Assembly: GCF_006345805.1 (NCBI RefSeq)
Contig: NC_043020.1
Location: 25,606,001-25,670,000, forward strand
Origin: Octopus sinensis
Taxonomy: Eukaryota
Reading direction: 5' to 3'
Length of the DNA stretch: 64,000 bases
The first letter of the stretch is position 1. Each line of letters begins with the position of its first letter. A model generated the notes under the pieces. That model was not told the DNA's origin. It did not search any database and saw only the letters and a program-made list of their open reading frames with translations. Shown here piece after piece: positions 1 to 14,444 of the stretch. A program made the position numbers and the translations under genes.

Positions 1-64
1 CTTAATGCTCCAATTATAACTGGTATTGTTTTCTCCTTAATGCCCCACATCTTCACAACTTCAA

Positions 65-69
65 TTGAA

Positions 70-134
<65 letters not shown>

Positions 135-170
135 TTATTATTATTATCATCATTATTATTATTGTTATTA

Positions 171-231
<61 letters not shown>

Positions 232-236
232 CAGTG

Positions 237-267
<31 letters not shown>

Positions 268-763
268 CATTGTTATTTATTTTAATCTGCATGTTTGTTA
301 CAATGACTTGCTGAAACACACCCTGCGTCCTAGGGCGAGTGAAGGTTTAAGAGATGTTACAGTATGACTGGGGAAGAGGCAGGGTAGTAGAGAAGCAGCT
401 TCACATAAAACAACTCAGACATTGAAATTGATAGGGTTTTTCTACGGATGTGGGCAGTACTTGTCATCACAATCTTTTGGATTTCTCTGAGACATGGTTC
501 TCCTGGGATGTTGTCTAGTTGTTTCTGATATCCCTTTATTATCATACCGAAGGCATCTACAATAAGAGGAACAGCTCTTGCTTTAAGATGCCACATCTTT
601 TTTTATTTTAATTTCCAGTTGTTTACATTTACTTAATTTGTCAAATTCCTTTACAGATATATTTTTATCAGTGGGAAAACTTACAGCTATTAGTCGACAA
701 GTATTTTATTCCGTGTCTTTAATAATTAAGTCTGGTCGATTATTATTATCATCATCATCATCA

Positions 764-828
<65 letters not shown>

Positions 829-1784
829 GTTGTTGTTGTTGTTGTTGTTGTTGTTATTATTATTATTATTAATATCATTATTATTATTATTATTATTATT
901 ATCATTATTATTTTTATTATTATTATCATTATTATTTTATATTATTATTATATTATTATTATTATTATTATATATTATTATTATTATATTATAGTATTAT
1001 TATTATAGTAGTAGTAGTAGTGGTAGTAGTAGTATGTAGGTGTAGTAGGTGAATGGTTACAACAGACTGACAGAGTCGATAGTAGTAAATTTAAGTTACT
1101 TTTACTGATATCATCAAGAAATATGTTTAGTATATTTGTTAAATTTAAGAGATACTGCTGATGTGATTTAAGCGAAATTTCGCTATGATACCCCGAGGGA
1201 AGTTGGACCGTGGCTAAACGACGACAACAACAACAACAACAATAACAAGAACATCGTATATTTACATATATGAACACATATATACCTCTACACATATATA
1301 CAATAATAATAATAATAATATAATAATAATAATAATATAATAATAATAATAATATAATAATAATAATAATCATAATAATAATAATGATAATAATAATAAT
1401 AATAATAATTAATAATAATAATAATAATATAATAATAATAATATTAATAATAATAATAATAATAAGAAGAAGAAGAAGAAGAAGAAATGATGATGGTTAT
1501 GCGATGATGACGGTGCTGATGAGAACGATGACGTAGATGTTGACGATTTTGACGACGGTAAAGAAGACAACGATGTTGATGATGGTGATGATGATGGTGA
1601 TGATGATGATGGTCGGGATAGTAACGATTACGATGATGGCGAGGAGGGGGGAAATTGGGAAGTGTATATAATGATAAAATAGATAGTAATAATAATATAA
1701 TAATAATATAATAATAATAATAATAATAATAATATAATAATAATAATAATAATAAAACTATGTGAAGAGATTGATCATGATGAC

Positions 1785-1821
<37 letters not shown>

Positions 1822-2588
1822 AAGAAGAAGACGCCATCCTCTCCCTCATACACTTACACAGAAATATTACCAGGCTTGGGTAGGACAAAACCAGGCGTTA
1901 CTTACCATCATCCGGGTATAAACCACATAATAATGGAGAGAAATGAAACGGGTACATATAGTTTTTTTTTAGAATATTCTCAAGAAAAGAAATTTTCGTC
2001 ACAATCTTTCTTCCCACACCTGAGATTAATATATCATTGCATATTTTTTTTATATATTTTGTTATCGATATTGTTGTTTGTCAGTTTTATTCTTTTTGCT
2101 GTACGTGACACGATAATTTAATTAAAGAATTAAATTAACCGAATAACAAAATGAATAACGTAAAAATCGTTAAAAATTATATACAAAAAAAAAATAAATA
2201 AATAAATACAAAAATCAAGAAAAAATCAAAGAATTAAAACATGCTAAATAATCGAAATAGGAATGAAAGAGAAATAACTAAAAGAAGAAAATAGAACGAA
2301 CAAACTGAACTGAATGAAATTTAGATGAAGGAATAAAATTAAAATCAAAAATCGAAAACATTAGAACGAAACGATTCTAATAAAGTAAAAAGTTTCCAGC
2401 ATTTAAATTCTCATCCTTCCCTCCTCTTACTCTCCTTCCCTCCTCCTCCTCCTCCTCCTTTACTTCTTCTCCTTCTTCTCTATCATCATCATCATCGTGA
2501 CAAATCTCTTGACATTTTTTTATATTATTATTACTATTATTGTTATTATTATTATTATTATTAATATTATTATTATTATTATTATTAA

Positions 2589-2630
<42 letters not shown>

Positions 2631-2653
2631 CATTATTATTATTATTATCATTA

Positions 2654-2711
<58 letters not shown>

Positions 2712-2775
2712 TTTATCATTATATACACTTCCTCATTTTCCTCCTCATCGTCGTCATCGTAATCGTTACAAACCC

Positions 2776-2808
<33 letters not shown>

Positions 2809-2823
2809 TATCATCACCATCAC

Positions 2824-2855
<32 letters not shown>

Positions 2856-3170
2856 CCATCACCATCATCAACATCATCATCGTCATCATCATCATCACCA
2901 TCACCATCATCAACATCATCATCGTCATCATCATCATCATCATCACCATCATCAACATCATCATCGTCATCATCACCATCATCATCATCATCATCATCAT
3001 CGTCGTCGTCGTCAAAATCGTCATCATCCACGTCATCGTTCTCATCAGCACCGTCATCGCATAACCATCATTATTTCTAATTATTATTATTATTGTTATT
3101 ATCGTCATCATCATCATCATCATTATTATCATTATTATTATTATTATTATTATTGCTGCTGTTGTTGCTG
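65..3170. repeat. Compound trinucleotide microsatellite field: (ATT)n, (AGT)n, (AAT)n, (GAT)n, (CAT)n
   Basis: Direct reading; it accounts for the poly-I/L/Y/H/D ORFs. Confidence 0.95.
255..600 (-). mobile_element. 3' end of an R4/Dong-like RLE non-LTR retrotransposon (C-terminus of ORF plus 3' UTR) ending in a (TAA)n tract
   Basis: ORF 357..596(-) MWHLKARAVPLIVDAFGMIIKGYQKQLDNIPGEPCLREIQKIVMTSTAHIRRKTLSI resembles the C-terminal P-V/L-I-x-G-A-L-G...IQK..L..TA.ILR tail of R4/Dong RLE proteins. A short UTR follows, then (AAT)n, the known Dong target. Confidence 0.7.
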
Positions 3171-3497
3171 TTGTTGTTAGTGTCCTCACAGTCGTATTTG
3201 CTACTCACGCTGCTTTTTTTTGTTTATTCTTTTTTTTGTTGTTTTCCTTTTCTTTTTACATTCCTCTTGCGAAACTTCGACGGACAATTGAATTAAACGT
3301 TCGCAGAGAATAAAATATCAGCGATAGCAATGGCCGCCATGTCTTCATTAATTTTCTGCAATTACAAAATCTAAACACACACACAAACAGACACACACAC
3401 ACGCACACACGCACTTACACACACACACACACACAAACAAGCACATACACACACATGTGCACACGTCGCTCTTCTTGTCTCTTTCTCATTCTTCCTG

Positions 3498-3545
<48 letters not shown>

Positions 3546-3972
3546 ACCCTCTCTGTCTCTCCTTATTGCCATTTCTGCAACACGATTCTGGAAAAACTGA
3601 CAGAAAGCAATTCTTGTCGACACTCCACAAAAATAAATGTTTGCAAATAAGATGCAACATCAGGCGACAGAAGCATGTGAATATAAAAACTGAGTTTACA
3701 CTCACACACACACATACACGCATACACACACTCACACACACAGATATATTTATATACTTATATATATATCAATGTGTTCATGTGTGTTTATATATATATG
3801 CATATATACATATATATATGTATATATACATATATACACATGTATATACATATATGTGATTATATATGTTTATGTTTATGTTTATATATATATATATAAT
3901 ATATATATATATATTATATATATATATATATACATATATATGCTTATGTATATATATGTACATACATATACA

Positions 3973-4025
<53 letters not shown>

Positions 4026-4109
4026 TATATATGTTTATATGTGTGTGTTTTTGTCTGTCTCTTTCTGTAGGTACGTTATGCGGGCAGCTATGTATATGTA
4101 TAAGATGCT

Positions 4110-4152
<43 letters not shown>

Positions 4153-4819
4153 ATGTTCATACATATTGTGTATGTGAACGTGTGTATGTGTATGTGTGTG
4201 TCTGTGTGTGTGTGTGTATTTTAAAAATCTGAAAATTCTTTCTAATTTGTTTAATTACAATTTATGCAATCTCACATGATAACATGATTAAGTTTAAACG
4301 TTCCATGGCATACAGATTGTTATAGTGAGTGTCAGCGTTGTTTCTTCTATTAGACATTTCTCTCAGACACTCTCTTAGGCGGAATTCCTATGTAAAAGGG
4401 AACAGAGTATTCTAGAAATGCATGAATAGCTGTCCTGTTTTTCAGCAGACGACACCGACACACCTGAAATATATATGTTATGGGAGTAATGAAACAAGAT
4501 TTTATTACAAAATAACTTGTTCATAACCTACAGATTCTGCAAGTAAAGATAGATTTAGTATGAGCAGTATTTATCACAGAATACTGGAATAAAGATCTAG
4601 ACTTTCTCAAGAAATAAAGGGCTTCGAATTTGATCCCATACGACTCTTTGTGGAATATTTGATTCCTTAGATATAAAGTGATGGTTGCATGAAAATAGTT
4701 GAAATAAAAGCTTGGAAGTGGTTTAAATACTATCTAAGAATAATATTGGTAAATAAATCTGATATATAGTGTTTTTTTGCAGTGTTATATAAATATATAT
4801 GTTCATTTCTGCTTTAAGC

Positions 4820-5160
4820 ACATGGCCCGAAAATTTAGGGGAAGAGGCCAGTCGATTAGATCAACCCCAGTAAGCAACTGGTATTTAATTTATCGACGCC
4901 GAAAGGATAAAAGGCAAAGTCGATCTCAACGAAATTTTAACTCAGAACGTAAATACAGACGAAATATCTATTTGTTTACTACCCACAAGGGGCTAAACAC
5001 AGAGGGGACAAACAAGGACAGACAAACGGATTAAGTCGTTTATATCGACCCGAGTGCGTAACTGGTACTTCGGCGGAATTTAAACTCATAACGTAGCCGC
5101 AGACGAAGTACCACTAAACATTTCGCGTGATGCATTAATGCTTCTTCCAGCTCACCGACT
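4820..5160 (-). mobile_element. Two abutting truncated copies of tRNA-derived SINE family A
   Basis: Shares gcaactggtacttaatttatcgacc..gaaaggat..aaggcaaagtcgac and the tail ctacccacaaggggctaaacacagagggg with fuller copies at 5625, 15375 and 19281. Confidence 0.85.
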
Positions 5161-5199
5161 CTAAAATAAACATATAAATATATATATATGCTATGATAG

Positions 5200-5375
5200 A
5201 TCGCTAGCCATTAAAGCTTTTCTATTTTCTCTCCTCGTTTATTTCTGTGTTCCTTTCTGTTGAAGAGCGTAGGCTCGAAACGTAAAAGACTGTCTCACAT
5301 CCCGAGCGTTAACCTAATACATCTGTTTGTTGTTTACACACCCGTCTTCGTCTTTAGTTCTTTTGTAAATTCTCA
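5200..5375 (+). mobile_element. Short Penelope-like terminal fragment with a degenerate minimal hammerhead motif (5253-5288)
   Basis: cttt-ctgttga-a-gagc-gtag-gctc-gaaa-cgt-a-aaag; stems I and II pair, but the core is CUGUUGA (A6U). Confidence 0.55.
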
Positions 5376-5624
5376 CTAAATATAGGATATATACCTGTGA
5401 GTGTTCGTCCATGTTTACGTATGTGTTTTTGTTTGCGTTGCAGATTCCTTTGTGTGAAGGCGTTAGTACCGTTTTTTATCTGTATTTTGCATGTATATAC
5501 ATAGTTATTATGTAATGACTTGCCAGCCGTGACGAAACAGCTATATAACCATACCAAAGTGATATTCCCTGAGGTGACATTCTCTTAAGATTCGCATATT
5601 CCAAGGCCACGTCTCTCAATATAT

Positions 5625-5855
5625 CTATTTCGTTACTACCCACAAGGGGCTAAACACGGAGAGGACAAACAAGGACTGACAAATGGATTAAGTCGATTAT
5701 ATCGACCCCACTGCGTAACTAGTACTTGATTTATCGACCTCGAAAGGATGAAAGGTAAAGTTGACCTCGGCGGAATTTGAACTCAGAACGTAACGGCAGA
5801 TGAAATACGGCTACGCATTTCGCCCGGCGTGCTAACGTTTCTGCCAGCTCACCGT
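5625..5855 (-). mobile_element. SINE family A, near full length
   Basis: Reverse complement starts cggtgagctggcagaaacgttagcacgccgggcgaaatgc...gagttcaaattccgccgaggtc (tRNA-like A/B boxes) and ends ...gtttagccccttgtgggtagtaacgaaataga. Confidence 0.9.
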
Positions 5856-7607
5856 CTCTCTCAATATACCGTTCAAATTTCCATGCGTTATTATAAGAAT
5901 TAAATTTGCTCTGCCTTACAAGTTGAGCAGCCTTGTAAAATTCCTAATCCTGTTTTAATTAATCTTTTTTTTATATATACAACAAAATGGGCAGATAATA
6001 CTAAAGGACATGAAGTTGGTAACCTGGAGCGAGAAACCGAACGGCAGTGGTAGAAAACGAAAATAAAGACTCGAAGCCTAATATATATATATGGAAAGCG
6101 CGGATCGTTTTATAATATCAGAGAATCCGGCTGCACTGATTTATTGATATGGAGGTAATTAACCTTGTAAAGTTTATTGTTAATAATTATCGACATTTCA
6201 AATACTTCTCTCTTATGTGAAGGAATGGAGCACATAAAAACCACAAGCAGATCTAAAGAATCTGTTTGCGTTTGAACAACAATATTGCATCATAGAAGCA
6301 TGGAAGTAATTATATCTGGCGGTCATTGACATTTGAATTATATATAATTGTGTGTGTTTGTGTGTGTGTGAGTGAATGTGTGAGTGTGTGTGTGTGTGTG
6401 AACATGCTAGCTGAAACAGATAAGATTTAAAATACTGATTTTGGAAGACATGTAAATGTACACACTTATATACAAACACACACACACGTAAGCACGCACG
6501 CACATGCAAACACACACATACACAACACACACACACACTCACATACACATATATATATGCTATATATGTGTGCAAATATATATGTATTATATGTATGAAT
6601 ATATATATATATGTATAAAAGTGTATATATATATATAAGTATAGTAAAGTTTAATCTTTGTGTGCATGTGTATATAAGTTTATGTATTCGTGCATATAAT
6701 TTTAAATCTTAAATCTTCAGAAATATACACGTACACGCATTCACACACCCACACATGCACACACACACACACACACACACAGACACACACACACATACAC
6801 ACACACACACACATACAGACACACATGAGCACAAACGAGGATGGGAATGTTTAATCATAATTTTTTTTTTGTTTCCAACACACCGTCCACTGAAAAACGC
6901 AGTAAACGATCATTTAACGCATTCATGTTGCTGTGAGGTCAGAGGTCACACTATAATGGATGAGAGACATAACTCTTTAAACACAACCACCCGCTTTAAC
7001 AACAACACCACGTGATGTTCGGGTTGCAGGTCTTCGGGTTGGATTTAAGTTCCATTATTCTTGTAACAATCTAAATACGGTCACGTGTGCTATCCTCTTT
7101 GACGTCACAAAATCACAAAATGAGACAAAACAAGATAAACGATGAAAGTATAGAGATCCAGGAACCGGCAACAATTAAATTGCCGTAATACGTAGATGAC
7201 TGATTGATTAATATAATTAACATCAAGTTTAAAATTCATTAACATCAAGAGCAAAAGTAGATGTTTGATTACGGAATTTACTATATTAGCGTTTCTGTAA
7301 GTTTAATTAAATCTTCTTTGTAATTAGATAAATAGTCAGATGCTCACTGAACTTGCTATCGCTGTGTTCTGATTAATTAGACCTTCTCTGTCAGTAGTTA
7401 AACAAATAGTGTTTCCTGAATTTGCTGTCGTAGAGGTCAGCGTCTTTATATGACCTTTATTGTTCTGTATTGTTCTATATATGTGATTAGACCTTCATTA
7501 ATTAAACCTCCTTTGTGTTCAGCTGAATAACCGGATGTGCACTGAAATTGCTACCGCGCAGATCTATATCTTTAATTAGACCTTCGTCAAGCCTTCTTTG
7601 TAATTAG

Positions 7608-7910
7608 ATTTCCTTATTGGCCACGCAGGGCTAAATACAGAAGGGACAAAATGCAAAATAGAGCTTTTCTTTTGGGGAAGAAAAGGGGAAAAAAGAGAAA
7701 AGAAAAATGGAATTCCGATCAAAAGGGATCGTGAAAAAAAAGTGGGGGGACTCCCATCAAAAGGGATCGTGAAAAAAAAGGAGGGACTCCGATCAAAAGG
7801 GATCGTGAAAAAAAAAGTTGGGCCGATTAATAGGGATCGTGTATCACAGAAATGTCAATGTAAAAAGGGAAACCAGATTAGGTTTATCCGTGGATAGAAA
7901 AGCCTTAGCT
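7608..7910 (-). mobile_element. Probable LINE 3' UTR fragment with ~40-bp internal tandem repeats; ends in a SINE-A-like tail
   Basis: Three to four copies of (cc)gatcaaaagggatcgtgaaaaaaa. The reverse complement ends ttgtcccttctgtatttagccctgcgtggccaataaggaaa. Homologous copy at 31075-31412(+). Confidence 0.55.
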
Positions 7911-8831
7911 AAATAGATGAATACTCACTGAATTTGCTGTTTGATTAGACTACCGCTGTAAGTAACTGAATAAATAGATGTTTACAGCTTTCTAGCTCTT
8001 TAATTGACTTTTATTGTAGCTAACTAAATAGTCGGATATGCACCAGATTTGCTATCGGAACGCCCTACTATTTCTGTTAGGCCATTACTCTAATTATTAA
8101 AGACATAGATGGCCACTGAATTTGCTCTCGTAGCGTTCTAATTATTTAATCAGACCTTTATAGTGATCAGCTAAATAAACTGTTTCTCACTGACTTTGCT
8201 ATCATAGAGTTGTATCTGTTTAATTAGACCTTCTCCATAATTGCCTAGATAAATAAATGCTGATTTGGCTATCGTTTAATTAGATCATCTCTCTCATTAT
8301 CAAATGTAGATAGACTTTCACTAAATTCGCTAATATATCTTTCTATCTGCTTAACTATGATATCTTCTGTAATTAGATGAATATTAATTTTATCAGGTAA
8401 ATTCATTATGGTGTGGTTTTTTTTACCTGGCACTCCATGGCCTTAAATCAGAAAACAGGTGAAATTTACTCAAATTTTAAAACAATCGTTAAGCAAATAT
8501 TATAGAGGAAGGGCAGACAGAGTATAAAACCAACAGAAAACCGCCCCACGATAAAAAAATATTGTCGTATTCATTCAAATAATATCGGAAAGGGTTGAAA
8601 TGAATGGAAATAAAAACAAACAACTTTATTCGATAAAAACAAACAACTTTATTAGATGGTCAATGAATTTGTTTTCATAGCTCCCGATCAGTTTAATTAG
8701 ATAAACAAATGAAAGTGCAGTGAATTTGCTATGATTGTGTTCTACCTGTTTAATTAGACCTCTTCTGTAATTAGCTAAATTTCTAGATGGTTACTTAATT
8801 TGCTGTCGAGACGTTCTACCCTTCTAATTAA

Positions 8832-9034
8832 ATGAGACATAGGCAACCTTCTTCGAGGGCCGCATGGGACATGACCCATCATCAGGTGGTCTGCATAATA
8901 CATGGCTCATCATCAGGCGGGCTGCATAATACATGGCTCATCATCAGGCGGGCCGCATCTACTAAAAATATTCAAGGTCATTTTTCTCTTAGGCGTGTCG
9001 CTCCGAAAGTCCTGTGAACCGAGGTTTGCCCCCG
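8832..9034. mobile_element. hAT-like MITE remnant (related copy at 9216-9340)
   Basis: Begins aggcaacctt...gggccgca and ends gaggtttgcccccg, typical of hAT MITE ends; internal 31-bp tandem repeat gcataatacatggctcatcatcaggcgggc. Confidence 0.45.
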
Positions 9035-10803
9035 TAGCTACATTAGCTTCAATGTAAATAGTTAATTAGATCTCTGTAATTAACTATATATATGAACGTG
9101 CACTGAATTTACTATCATGGCGTTCTATCTGTTTAATTAGACCTCTTCTGTAATTAACTAAATAGCTTAATGTTTATTTAATTTTCTATCAAAGAGCACT
9201 GCCTTTCTAATTAAACGAGGCATAAGCAACCTTGTTCGAGAAACGGGGCCGCATGAAACATGGCTGATCATCACACGCACTGCAACTACAAAAATTATCC
9301 ACGATAATTTTTAGGCGTGTCACTCTGAAAGTCCCCCGGGTCTCTTTTTCCTCGTAAATGAATTTAAATTAATGTAAATAGCTCAATAGATATTCGAGGA
9401 ATTTGCTATGATAGCATTCTACCTAAGTAATTAGAACTTCCCTGTAATTAACTAAGTGTATAGATGCTCAGCTAATTTGCTATTGTAACGTTCTATCTGT
9501 TTAATTAGACCTTTACATAAACTAGCTAAGTAATGATGATTGTCTGACTAATTAAATGTTCAATAATTTACAAGAATATTAACATTGACCAATATTGCCA
9601 TTTTCATATAGCTTAATTATTATAATTAACTTCGTAATAAAATAATTATATAGCTTTTTAATTTTCTCTATATTAAATACATTAATAGTAATTTCCATAA
9701 TATTTTAAAATCCGTTATTTGCATAAATGCAAATAATTATTTGTATAATTTATCACCGTAATTAATTATTAGAAATATGTTAGTTTTACACGTAAGCTAT
9801 GTATTAGTCTGAAAGCCGGTTTCAGATAGCTTCAGAAGCGATGTTCCCCAAAGACATGCTGCTGTTCCCATCTGCCTGCATTTGGTTTTTATCTTTACAA
9901 CAGGGTATCCTCGGATCTTATTACACAGTATAACAAATTCTTTTTTGTCTTTGGTTGGTAATTGTTATTTCCTATTTGCTTTTATCGCGAAATCAAAAAA
10001 GAAGAAAAAGACATTACTATTCCCTTAAGACTTTTCCTCTGTGATCTGGACATCAATATTTGACAATCGGTGCTGGATTATTTTCTCCCCAGTAACTTAG
10101 CAGTTCGGCAATAGATATCAATATAGTAAGCACCACAATTTAAAAGATGGACTGGGGTTGATTCGTTCGACTACACTATTCACGGTGGTGCCCAAGATTG
10201 GCCCCAATCTAAATACGAAAATAAGAGCATGACAAACAGATTCTGCATGGGGCATATAACCTCTCATGTTTATTTAAGATACTTCTTCAAATTTTCTTAT
10301 AAGCATTTCAAGGACTGCGTTTTTACTGATATATAGGTATCGTAGAAGTATACAAAAATAAATGATTGGTTCTCAGACTTGAACTTACACCGAAAGCCAT
10401 AAAAATACCTGAATATTTTACAGTCAAAGTAAAACTATGTGTACAACTCAAAACGTACACAAAAAAATATTTTTAAAATATATAATAACGTCAAAATCAA
10501 ACACCAGAATGTACAAAACAATTGTAATTGAAGTATGGGGATTGGCCAGTTGAAAAATGATAAAACAGAATACCCATTAAGAAGAAGACCATTCCTCTCT
10601 TGGAAAGACCATAAAGATATATTGTTAATGGAAAACTTCAGAAATGATATATTATGTACGGTGACCAACATAGGTATTGTAGAAGAAATGAAATATGAAG
10701 TTAAGAAGGGACGAGACTAAAACGCTGGGACAATAATAGAAGGCTGGTTGGTTGATTTCCCCTGTCACGCTTTACGCCATATAGAAACGTAAGAAGGGAG
10801 AGT

Positions 10804-10853
<50 letters not shown>

Positions 10854-10879
10854 AAGAGAGTATATAAGGGAGTGGGAGA

Positions 10880-11305
10880 TGGTGGGCCGATAGAGTCGTT
10901 AGCACAACGAGCGAAATGCTTTGTCATTACGTTCCGAGTTCAAATTCCACCGAGGTCCACTTTGTCGTTTATCCGTTCGTGGAGCGATGAAATAAGAACC
11001 AGTTGAGTACTGCGGTTGACGTAAGTGACTTAACCCCTTCCCTAATCTTTCTGGCCTTGTGCCAAAATTTGAAAACAGTAAGGGTGGGGCAAAAGGTGGC
11101 GAGTTAGTAGAATCGTTAGCACATTGGACGAAATGCTTAGCGGTATTTCCTTCGTCTTCGCATTCTGAGATCGAATTCCACTAAGGTCGAATTTGCCTTT
11201 TATCATTTCGGGGACTATAAAAGACTTAGCAGTTGGACGCTGGGGTTGATGTGATCGACTGACCTCTTCCCCGAAATTGGTGGTCTCGTGCCAAAATTTG
11301 AAACC
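10880..11305 (+). mobile_element. Two tandem SINE family A variants with an alternative 3' tail
   Basis: Heads gtcgttagcac..cgaaatgctt...gagttcaaattcc; tails ...ccttgtgccaaaatttgaaa. Confidence 0.8.
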
Positions 11306-11311
11306 TATCGC

Positions 11312-11657
11312 ATCGGTTTTATACTCTTTTACTCTTTTAAACGTTTCAGTCATTTGACTGCGGCCATGCTGGAGCACCGCCTTTAGTCAAAGAAATCGAC
11401 ACAGAACTTATTGTTTGTAAGCTTATTGGTCTCTTTTGCCGAACCGATACGTTTCGGGGACGTAAACATACCAGCATCGGTTGTCAAGCGATGGTGGGGG
11501 GACAAGCACAAACACAATGACACACACACACACACATACGATGGGCTTCTTTCAGTTTCCGTCTACTAAATCCACTCACAAGGCTTTGGTCGGCTCGAGG
11601 CTATAGTAGAAGACACTTGCCCAAGATACCAAGCAGTGGGACTGAACCCGGAATCTT
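11312..11657 (-). mobile_element. SINE family B, 5'-truncated
   Basis: Contains tttcagtttccgtctac.aaatccactcacaaggc.ttggtcggc and tail ttcagtcatttgactgcggccatgctggagcaccgcc, as in full copies at 36385 and 54795. Confidence 0.9.
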
Positions 11658-12485
11658 GTGGTATCTTTCGAGTCAGATGAAGAACGTGGTGAAGAGGAAG
11701 CAGAGAAGGGTGACAGTTCCGGATTACAGAATAGCCCAGACTTTGATAAAGCACTCTTCTCTAGACCACATCTCATAACACAAGGTGAACCCTATGACCT
11801 TGCCAGGGATCTACAACCACCTAAGAAAAGGCAGAGCTGCTAGGCTCTCGTCTTAAACAGTGGAATCTCCTTACAACTGACGTGAATGTTTCAAAATTTC
11901 ATGAGTGTCATCAGCAGTTCACCCATTTCTTCATATTGGAATGGAATTTATTGACCTGCAGCAGTATTAATTGTATGATGGAAGCACTTGGTATTGAATA
12001 CGAACCCAGTAACTGGAGGCTGTTCATAGATTCATCAAAACCCAACCTGAAGGGCTGCTTGCTGTATAATGACAATAGTGAGCTATCAGTTCCTGTTTGC
12101 TACGCATTACACATGAAAGAAACTTAGAAGAATATAAAGCATGTGTTGGAATACATAAAATATGAAGAACATTAGCAGCATCTCTGTGGTGGCTTAAAGA
12201 TTGTTGTTCTTGCGATGAGCTTGGAGAGTGCTACTTTCTGTGTGAATGGGACAGCCGTGCAGGAGAGACTGGCAACTTTGGCACTCATTGGGGCCTCGGA
12301 TTCAGCATCTATCTGGCGTTTAGCACCCACCTCTCACTGAACCAAGCAAAATTTTGCTACCACCACTACACGTAAAACTAGAGCTCATGAAAAGTTTTGT
12401 AAATGCTATGGAGAAATTCGGTCAGAAATTCAAGTATTTAACCTCAAACTCCTCCTAACTTAGCAACGCTAAAGTAAAAGGAGTC

Positions 12486-12490
<5 letters not shown>
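11658..12490 (+). pseudogene. Decayed DNA-transposon transposase fragment, most like Chapaev3 (CMC superfamily)
   Basis: Across frameshifts and stops: PHLITQGEPYDLARDL / KAELLGSRLKQWNLL / LGIEYEPSNWRLFIDSSKPNLKGCLLYNDN / HMKET / FLCEWDSRA / ILLPPLHVKLELMKSFVNAM / LSNAKVKGVF. The superfamily call is from recalled motifs and needs an HMM check. Confidence 0.7.
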
Positions 12491-12548
<58 letters not shown>

Positions 12549-12916
12549 GCTCACGTGGTTAGCCCTGTTTGATCATAACTGAACTTCCCATTCTCTTGGA
12601 TTTACCACTTTACCACATCCAGACCTTTCAGCCCCTCTCTTCATTCACATACCAGCAATCCACCCGGATGACCACTGGATCTTCGTTGTCTTTTGAACTT
12701 TTCCTTCACAGATCTCACTGATCATTTTCGTTCATGTAAAGCCCTCTAATCTACCACGACTTTTGAATCTTTAAATGTCATTTGAGATTTATATTGAGCT
12801 AAACAATCACTCTTATGATTTATTCTAAATTTGGCGGTTAGTATTTGCGCTTTCTTAATAGACTTATAGACCGTGCAAGCTTTCGCTATTCTGTATGTAT
12901 TTGTAAAGTTATTTCG

Positions 12917-13300
12917 AACTAGCGTTATAGCCCGGCGTTGCTCGGATTTCTCTTTTAGTTGCTCTTAAAATGGCAGACTGCATTATGTAGCTTTTTATTC
13001 TCTTTAAGTGAACATTTTTCTGGTTGAAATACACCGAAAAATGGCAACACAGCAGTCAAAGAATCGTAAAAAACAAGGGATTTTCATAGAACAAAAACCC
13101 TCAAATTTTTGATGTAAATACTTTTTGGTCTTAACATGGTTCGATTTGAATTTTTTCTTCTACGGAATAAAGAGAAAGCCTTCTTCTATCAAACTCTCAA
13201 TTTTGGTCAAATTGCGCCGCAGGGTCTCGGAGGAGATAGTGTTAGTTGAAGGCTACCAAGCCTGCCACACACAGACAATTTCAGCTTTATTTATATAGAT
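12917..13300 (+). mobile_element. Non-autonomous Helitron/Helentron-like element
   Basis: Starts aactagcgttatagcccggcgttgctcgg and ends ...cacacacagac..tttcagctttatttatatagat, the terminal pattern of DINE-1/Lep1-type rolling-circle elements. Confidence 0.6.
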
Positions 13301-13345
13301 AAGTCAGGAGTTTGACGATGTAAATCTTACAGAAGCAATTCGTTT

Positions 13346-13440
<95 letters not shown>
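13346..13440. repeat. (GA)n microsatellite
   Basis: Direct reading. Confidence 0.98.
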
Positions 13441-13441
<1 letters not shown>

Positions 13442-14005
13442 AAATGATTTCCTACGTTTTTGAGCGTTCTAGTATAGTTTTTGTAAAGAAAGCTTTTGTA
13501 AGGTGCTTACATAAGACGACATTTTATATTTTTTATCTTCTCAAATAACTTCCCATAATTTGCTACGTGGTGGACAGTTACTTATCCTAAAGCTATATAT
13601 TCGGTAACTAGAGGCGTCGAGTTATTGGGAAAGAAATAGGATCTCCAGCGAAGGATTCTGTTTTCCAGGATTTCTGCGTTTTCTAATACGTACATACATA
13701 CACACATACATAACTGAGTGTGTGTGTAGGTGTGTGTCCGTGTCCAGAGAGAGATAGAGACAGAGACAGAAATATTTAAGAGATAGAAGATATATATGTG
13801 CTTGTGTGTGCGCGTGTGTATGCTCATATATCGTTATCGTAATAATCTATGTATATATATATATATATATATTCAAATACATATATATATATCTATATAT
13901 ATATATATCTATATATCTATATATATATATAATAACATTTTTGAATTCATTATTATTATTATCATCATCTTCATTATTATTATTATTATTATTATTATGA
14001 TTATG

Positions 14006-14045
<40 letters not shown>

Positions 14046-14408
14046 GTAGTAGTAGTAGTAGTAGTAGTAGTAGATTTATCATTGTCATCCTCATTTTTAT
14101 TGGCTGTCGTGTATGACTTGGTCGCAAAAGATGATTTTTTTTTGTTTTTTGTTTCAATTAAAAAACGATAGCAATGAGATTTCGCTCACAATGATTTGCT
14201 TTTCCGCTTTGCGATTTTATGACCCAAAAATATTTCAACCTTTTCTCAGGCTTTAAAGAATATTATTGGCAGTGTTTGTGTGGTAGCTCTTGCTGGTAAC
14301 ATGTGTAATCCAGCATTGCCGCAAACAAGAGAATGAGGAACATTTCAAAGAGAGATACAGTCATACATGACAGCCAATAAAAATGAGGATGATGATGAAA
14401 ATGATAAA

Positions 14409-14444
<36 letters not shown>

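Larger units (their letters stand above)
7260..9560. repeat. Degenerate ~72-bp satellite interrupted by insertions
   Basis: Recurrent unit gtttaattagacct(t)ctctgtaattagctaaatagatg.tcactgaatttgctatcgtagcgttctatct; anchors near 7373, 7572, 8147, 8220, 8750, 9133 and 9501. Confidence 0.75.

Noticed and set aside
40-3296. Poly-Y/I/L/N/D/H ORFs here and throughout the track
   Set aside because: Translated microsatellites.
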